Below, one piece after another: positions 27,994-32,000 of a stretch of DNA of 32,000 bases. The DNA is from Geobacter sulfurreducens PCA (GTDB taxonomy: Bacteria > Desulfobacterota > Desulfuromonadia > Geobacterales > Geobacteraceae), in NCBI RefSeq assembly GCF_000007985.2, contig NC_002939.5, forward strand, positions 1,710,001 to 1,742,000, read 5' to 3'. Position 1 is the stretch's first letter. Each line of letters starts with the position of its first letter. Position numbers and translations under genes: made by a program. The notes beneath the pieces were generated by a model. That model had not been told where the DNA came from. It searched no databases and worked only from the letters and a program-made list of their open reading frames with translations.

Positions 27994-28041
27994 GTTGGCC
28001 ATTGTCAACTTGTGTGTAGTGATAGGTTGACAATGGCCAAC
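27994..28041. promoter_or_regulatory. Probable BirA operator (bio operator)
   Basis: A perfect 16-bp inverted repeat: GTTGGCCATTGTCAAC (27994-28009), a 16-nt spacer, then GTTGACAATGGCCAAC (28026-28041). The core TGTCAAC-N16-GTTGACA resembles BirA half-sites TGTnAAC/GTTnACA. It overlaps a minus-strand TTGACA-N18-TAATCC promoter candidate for bioB. Confidence 0.6.
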
Positions 28042-28140
28042 AGAATATGGGTTGATGTCGATTTGGTACATCAAAATAATTACTTGCATTTCCGTTCAAC
28101 GCATGTTAAACATTTGTTTCAAGTAAATCGTTCACTAGAA

Positions 28141-28171
28141 AGTGGGCTCAGCAGCTCACTTTTTTTATTTT
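28141..28171 (+). terminator. Intrinsic terminator/attenuator in the rimP-nusA-infB leader
   Basis: AGTGGGCT (28141-28148) pairs with AGCTCACT (28153-28160) as 8 bp including one G-U pair, around the loop CAGC. It is followed by TTTTTTATTT and ends about 15 nt before the rimP ATG. The upstream neighbour bioB is divergent, so this hairpin does not terminate a preceding gene. Confidence 0.6.
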
Positions 28172-28185
28172 GAGGTTTTTGATTC

Positions 28186-28665
28186 ATGCAGAAGGATGAT
28201 GTTGCCGGTCGGATAACGGCGGTCGCCGAGCAGGTGCTTACCCCTCAAGGGCTGGAACTTGTGGAGGTAGAGTACAAGCGCGAAGGACGGCAGATGGTTC
28301 TGCGTCTCTTTGTCGACAAGCCGGGTGGAATAAGTCTTGACGACTGCGCCGCGGTCAGTCGCGAGTTGTCCGAAATTCTCGATGTCGAAGATTTTATTCG
28401 TGAGAATTACACGCTGGAGGTTTCATCGCCCGGCCTCAACCGTCCCCTGAAGAAAGAGGCGGATTATGAGCGCTATGCCGGGCGCCTTGTCAAGGTGCGC
28501 ACATTCGAGCTCCTGGCGGATGAAGAGGGGAACCGGCGCAAGACGTTCCTGGGTGATCTTGTCGGACTCTCCGACGGGGTCGTCACCCTTACGCTTCGGG
28601 AAGGGCAGCTGGCCCGCATCCCTCTGGATAAGATAGCTAAAGCTAACCTGGAATTCGAGTTTTAG
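28186..28665 (+). CDS. rimP: Ribosome maturation factor RimP
   Basis: [33 protein letters not shown] and [14 protein letters not shown] are RimP signatures. It sits directly upstream of nusA. Confidence 0.9.
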   Translation: MQKDDVAGRITAVAEQVLTPQGLELVEVEYKREGRQMVLRLFVDKPGGISLDDCAAVSRELSEILDVEDFIRENYTLEVSSPGLNRPLKKEADYERYAGRLVKVRTFELLADEEGNRRKTFLGDLVGLSDGVVTLTLREGQLARIPLDKIAKANLEFEF

Positions 28666-28690
28666 AAAGATCAGCTCAAGGAGATTGGAC

Positions 28691-29848
28691 GTGGAAACGA
28701 CCTTCAACCTCAAGCACATTATTGACCAGATCGTCAAGGAGAAGGGGATTGACCGGCACATCGTCGTGGAAGCCCTGGAGCAGGCGGTACTCACCGCTGC
28801 GAACAAGAAGTTCCGCAATACTCGTGATCTTGAGGCCCACTATAACCCGGAAGTTGGCGAAGTTGAGCTCTTTGAGTTCGTTACCGTGGTCGACGAGGTT
28901 CAGGATTCCTACAAGGAAATCGACATGGAAGAGGCCCGGGAGATCGACCCTGACGTGGAAGTGGGCGATTCTCTCGGTATGAAGCTGGATGCAAGCGGTT
29001 TTACCCGTATCGCCGCCCAGACCGCCAAGCAGGTCATCATCCAGAAGGTGCGCGAGGCGGAGCGGGAAACTATTTTCAACGAGTTCAAGGACCGGATCGG
29101 CGAACTGGTGACCGGCGTTGTGCGCCGCTTTGAAAAAGGTGATCTGGTAATCGATCTCGGGCGCGCCGAAGCGGTGCTTTCCCATAAGGAGCAGGCGCCG
29201 CGCGAGGTGTATCGCCAGGGTGACCGCGTTAAGACTCTGATCACCGACATCCGGATGACCCCAAAGGGGCCCCAGATCGTTCTGTCGCGTACCCATCCCG
29301 GCGTCCTTGCCAAGCTTTTCGAGGCGGAGGTTCCGGAGATCGCCGAAGGGATCGTGGAGATCAAGGCCGTTGTACGTGAGCCGGGCAGCCGGGCCAAGAT
29401 CGCCGTCTACTCCCATGATTCCGATGTGGATCCCGTTGGGGCCTGCGTGGGTATGCGGGGTAGCCGCGTGCAGAATGTGGTGTCCGAGCTGAGGGGTGAA
29501 AAGATCGATATCATCCCCTGGTCCGATGACGCGGCACGCTTTGCGTGCAATGCGCTGCAACCGGCCGTGGTGTCGAAGGTGTACATTGACGACGAGAACC
29601 GCTCCATGGAGATAATCGTCGCCGACGACCAACTGTCGCTGGCTATCGGTAAAAAAGGGCAGAACGTGCGGCTTGCCGCAAAGCTTACCGGCTGGCGCAT
29701 CGACATCAAGAGCGAAACCACTGCTGCCGAGGCGGAACTGCTCCAGTATTCCTCCTATGATGGGGCCACCGAAGAGGTTGCTGAAGAGGCCGCCCAAGCC
29801 GTTGAGACCGAAGGCGAAGCGGTTGCAGAGGAGCAGGTGGAAGCATAG
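28691..29848 (+). CDS. nusA: Transcription termination/antitermination factor NusA (short form with acidic tail)
   Basis: AAGGAG (28678-28683) lies 7 nt before GTG 28691; TTG 28685 is too close to the RBS. The S1 and two KH regions include [33 protein letters not shown] and [13 protein letters not shown]. Confidence 0.95.
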   Translation: METTFNLKHIIDQIVKEKGIDRHIVVEALEQAVLTAANKKFRNTRDLEAHYNPEVGEVELFEFVTVVDEVQDSYKEIDMEEAREIDPDVEVGDSLGMKLDASGFTRIAAQTAKQVIIQKVREAERETIFNEFKDRIGELVTGVVRRFEKGDLVIDLGRAEAVLSHKEQAPREVYRQGDRVKTLITDIRMTPKGPQIVLSRTHPGVLAKLFEAEVPEIAEGIVEIKAVVREPGSRAKIAVYSHDSDVDPVGACVGMRGSRVQNVVSELRGEKIDIIPWSDDAARFACNALQPAVVSKVYIDDENRSMEIIVADDQLSLAIGKKGQNVRLAAKLTGWRIDIKSETTAAEAELLQYSSYDGATEEVAEEAAQAVETEGEAVAEEQVEA

Positions 29849-29851
29849 GTC

Positions 29852-30469
29852 ATGGGAAAGGACGAACCGCGCAGATCCTGTATCGGTTGTCGTCAGGAGA
29901 GGGGCAAGGGCGAACTGCTCCGCTTCGTTCTTGATCCCGAAGGAAGGGTAGTTCCCGATATTGTTGCCAAGCTTCCCGGGCGCGGTGCGTATACGTGCCC
30001 CGATCCCGCCTGTGTGCGGGCCGCTATAGCTCGGAAGCAGTTTGCGCGAGCTTTCAAGGGGGAGGGCAGCGTTGCCCCTGTAGATGCGCTGATCGCCGAG
30101 ATACGGTTACGTCTCGAGGAGCGGATAGCCTCTTATGTGGCCCTGGCCAACAAGGCGGGCAAGGTCGTGTCGGGCAGCGATACGGTGATGGAGCGCCTTC
30201 GGCGCGGCGACCGGCTTGGCCTCGTGATTCTCACGGAAGATATTTCCGCTGATATCGGCGAAAAGGTGACTCACCTGGCCGAGCGATATCAGATACCCTG
30301 TTATCATCTCTTGGACAAGGATCGGGTCGGCGCTCTTCTCGGCAAAGGATTGCGAAGTGTCGTCGCAATCGGGGAGAGCGGCTTTGTCCCGTCCATTCTG
30401 AAAGAATTAGAACGCTACGGTAATTTCCTTGATGGGGGTGCGGTTGATGAGCAAAACCCACGTGTATGA
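29852..30469 (+). CDS. ylxR: YlxR (DUF448) RNA-binding domain fused to L7Ae/YlxQ-like domain
   Basis: The N-terminal half carries [19 protein letters not shown]...LPGRGAYTC, typical of YlxR. The C-terminal half carries [35 protein letters not shown], typical of L7Ae/YlxQ. It lies between nusA and infB. Confidence 0.8.
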   Translation: MGKDEPRRSCIGCRQERGKGELLRFVLDPEGRVVPDIVAKLPGRGAYTCPDPACVRAAIARKQFARAFKGEGSVAPVDALIAEIRLRLEERIASYVALANKAGKVVSGSDTVMERLRRGDRLGLVILTEDISADIGEKVTHLAERYQIPCYHLLDKDRVGALLGKGLRSVVAIGESGFVPSILKELERYGNFLDGGAVDEQNPRV

Positions 30470-32000
30470 GCTGGCAAAGAAGATGGGTATTGAAAATAAG
30501 GAGCTCCTTACCCGACTCAAGAGCCTTGGCATTGAGGTGAAAAACCACCTGTCGGTGCTGGAGGAAGACGAGATTTTGAAGGTAACCGCGCCGCCTGCCG
30601 CTCCCCCGAAGAGTGGCCCCCAGGAAGAAGTCAGGGTGACGACAACCGTTATCCGCCGTCGCCGTGTGGCAGAGGCCGCTCCCGCAGAAACGCCGGTCGA
30701 GGCCGTTGCACCTCCGGTTGAAAGTGCGCCTGCTCCGTTGGAAGTCGAGGCAGTCGAAGAGGCCGTCGTTCAGGCGCCGCCCGTAGTCGAGCCCCCCGTG
30801 GCGCGAGAGTCCGAGGCCGCACCTGCGGAAGAACCGGTCGCCGCTGCCGTCAAACCTGCATCCGAGCCCCCGGTTGTGCAAAAGGCTCCGGTTGCGCCTG
30901 CCGCACCTCCGGTTGATGACAAGCCGACGGCCAACAAGGCACGGATTCTTGGCCGGGTCGAGCTCCCCGGCATCACGACCCCCGCACCCAAGCCTGCGGA
31001 CAGACGTGAAGCAACAGCTCCCAAGAAACGGATCGAAGAGCGCATCATGACTCCCTCTCCGACCGATCGGCCGGCGCCGGCGGGCGACGACCGCCGCAAA
31101 GCGGGAACTCCTCCCCCGCCGCCCCGCAAGGGCAAGGAGTTCGTTGCTCCGGCCGAGCCTGAAAGGGGAGCCAAAAAACCCGGCGGAGGCGGTGCGGGCA
31201 AGAAAAAAGAAGCGTTCAAGAAGACTGAACTTCTCGAAAAGCGCGAACGGATTTTTGAGCCCGGGCCAAAGACGGGTAAAGGCAAGAAGCGCGAGAGGGA
31301 TATGGTTTCTCTCGGCAGAAAGACCGAGATTACGGTGCCCAAGGCAATCAAGCGGATCATCAAGATCTCCGAATCGATTACCGTGGGCGAACTGGCCAAG
31401 CGGATGGGGGTTAAGGCGACCGATCTTATCCGCGTCCTCATGAAAATGGGGATGATGGTCACCATAAACCATCCCCTTGACGTGGACACCGCCACCCTTG
31501 TTGCGTCCGAATTCGGGTACGAAATCGAGAACGTTGCAATCGATGTGGACGAAATGCTCGAATCGGTGCCCGATGCGCCCGAGAGCCTCACGAAGCGGCC
31601 GCCGGTGGTCACTATCATGGGACACGTCGATCACGGCAAGACGTCGCTTCTGGATGCAATTCGTGAAGCCAACGTCATCGCCGGCGAAGCCGGCGGCATC
31701 ACCCAGCACATCGGTGCCTACGACGTGGAGTTGAATGGCCGGAAGATCACCTTCCTCGATACGCCGGGCCACGAGGCATTTACTGCCATGCGCGCCCGCG
31801 GTGCCAAGGTCACTGACATCGTCATCCTCGTGGTGGCCGCCGATGACGGCGTGATGCCCCAGACCCGCGAGGCGGTGAACCACTCCAAGGCCGCCGGTGT
31901 TCCCATCATCGTTGCCATCAACAAGATCGACAAGCCCGAGGCAAAGCCCGAACGGGTGAAACAGGAGCTCATGGAATTCGGTCTGGTTTCCGAGGAGTGG
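30447..32000 (+). CDS. infB: Translation initiation factor IF-2 (partial, continues past window end)
   Basis: ATG 30447 gives [35 protein letters not shown] Pro/Ala-rich linker follows. The G domain then begins: [25 protein letters not shown] and NKIDK. The frame is open to position 32000. It is missing from the ORF track because no stop lies in the window. Confidence 0.95.
   Translation, partial: MSKTHVYELAKKMGIENKELLTRLKSLGIEVKNHLSVLEEDEILKVTAPPAAPPKSGPQEEVRVTTTVIRRRRVAEAAPAETPVEAVAPPVESAPAPLEVEAVEEAVVQAPPVVEPPVARESEAAPAEEPVAAAVKPASEPPVVQKAPVAPAAPPVDDKPTANKARILGRVELPGITTPAPKPADRREATAPKKRIEERIMTPSPTDRPAPAGDDRRKAGTPPPPPRKGKEFVAPAEPERGAKKPGGGGAGKKKEAFKKTELLEKRERIFEPGPKTGKGKKRERDMVSLGRKTEITVPKAIKRIIKISESITVGELAKRMGVKATDLIRVLMKMGMMVTINHPLDVDTATLVASEFGYEIENVAIDVDEMLESVPDAPESLTKRPPVVTIMGHVDHGKTSLLDAIREANVIAGEAGGITQHIGAYDVELNGRKITFLDTPGHEAFTAMRARGAKVTDIVILVVAADDGVMPQTREAVNHSKAAGVPIIVAINKIDKPEAKPERVKQELMEFGLVSEEW

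Overview
High-GC (roughly 60%) bacterial chromosomal segment whose gene content and codon style look like Geobacter/Desulfuromonadales. That taxonomic guess comes from gene content only. No homology or covariance-model search was run: all product calls come from motifs read by eye in the supplied ORF translations, and all RNA and regulatory calls come from hand folding. I support about 30 CDS, mostly housekeeping, plus one tRNA. They are an MscS channel, PBP1A, an MTH1187-like protein, a ~990-aa glutamate-dehydrogenase-like protein, htpX, a TerC protein, a GrpB fusion, a DHFR-like protein, a CPBP protease, a methyltransferase, an SDR, cobO, a B12-binding mutase subunit, meaB, an L,D-transpeptidase, a DHH-CBS-nucleotidyltransferase, bioB-bioD-bioA, rimP-nusA-ylxR/L7Ae-infB, and tRNA-Val(CAC). 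No CRISPR array, IS element or integrase was seen. The main finding is absent from the ORF track. At 2552-2908 a 118-codon frame with a good RBS and promoter encodes a signal-peptide-like N-terminus, then two SG-[TGA]-G units, then a Lys/Ala-rich tail. Each in-frame TGA is followed at the same 12-nt spacing by a GGCGCC-based hairpin that resembles a bacterial SECIS element. The next gene (2985-4400) is a radical SAM/SPASM enzyme with an N-terminal extension. Together they look like a ribosomal peptide with two selenocysteines and a dedicated radical SAM maturase. As far as I know, no system of this kind has been characterised experimentally. Two riboswitch candidates were found in intergenic regions. 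One is a GEMM-I (c-di-GMP/cGAMP class) aptamer with a terminator upstream of a DUF4382-like lipoprotein gene (minus strand, ~1320-1435). The other is a yybP-ykoY (Mn2+) aptamer with a terminator upstream of htpX (10838-10975), which is an unusual gene context. Other regulatory features are a perfect 16-bp inverted repeat with BirA-operator-like half-sites in front of bioB, and an intrinsic terminator in the leader of the rimP-nusA-infB operon.
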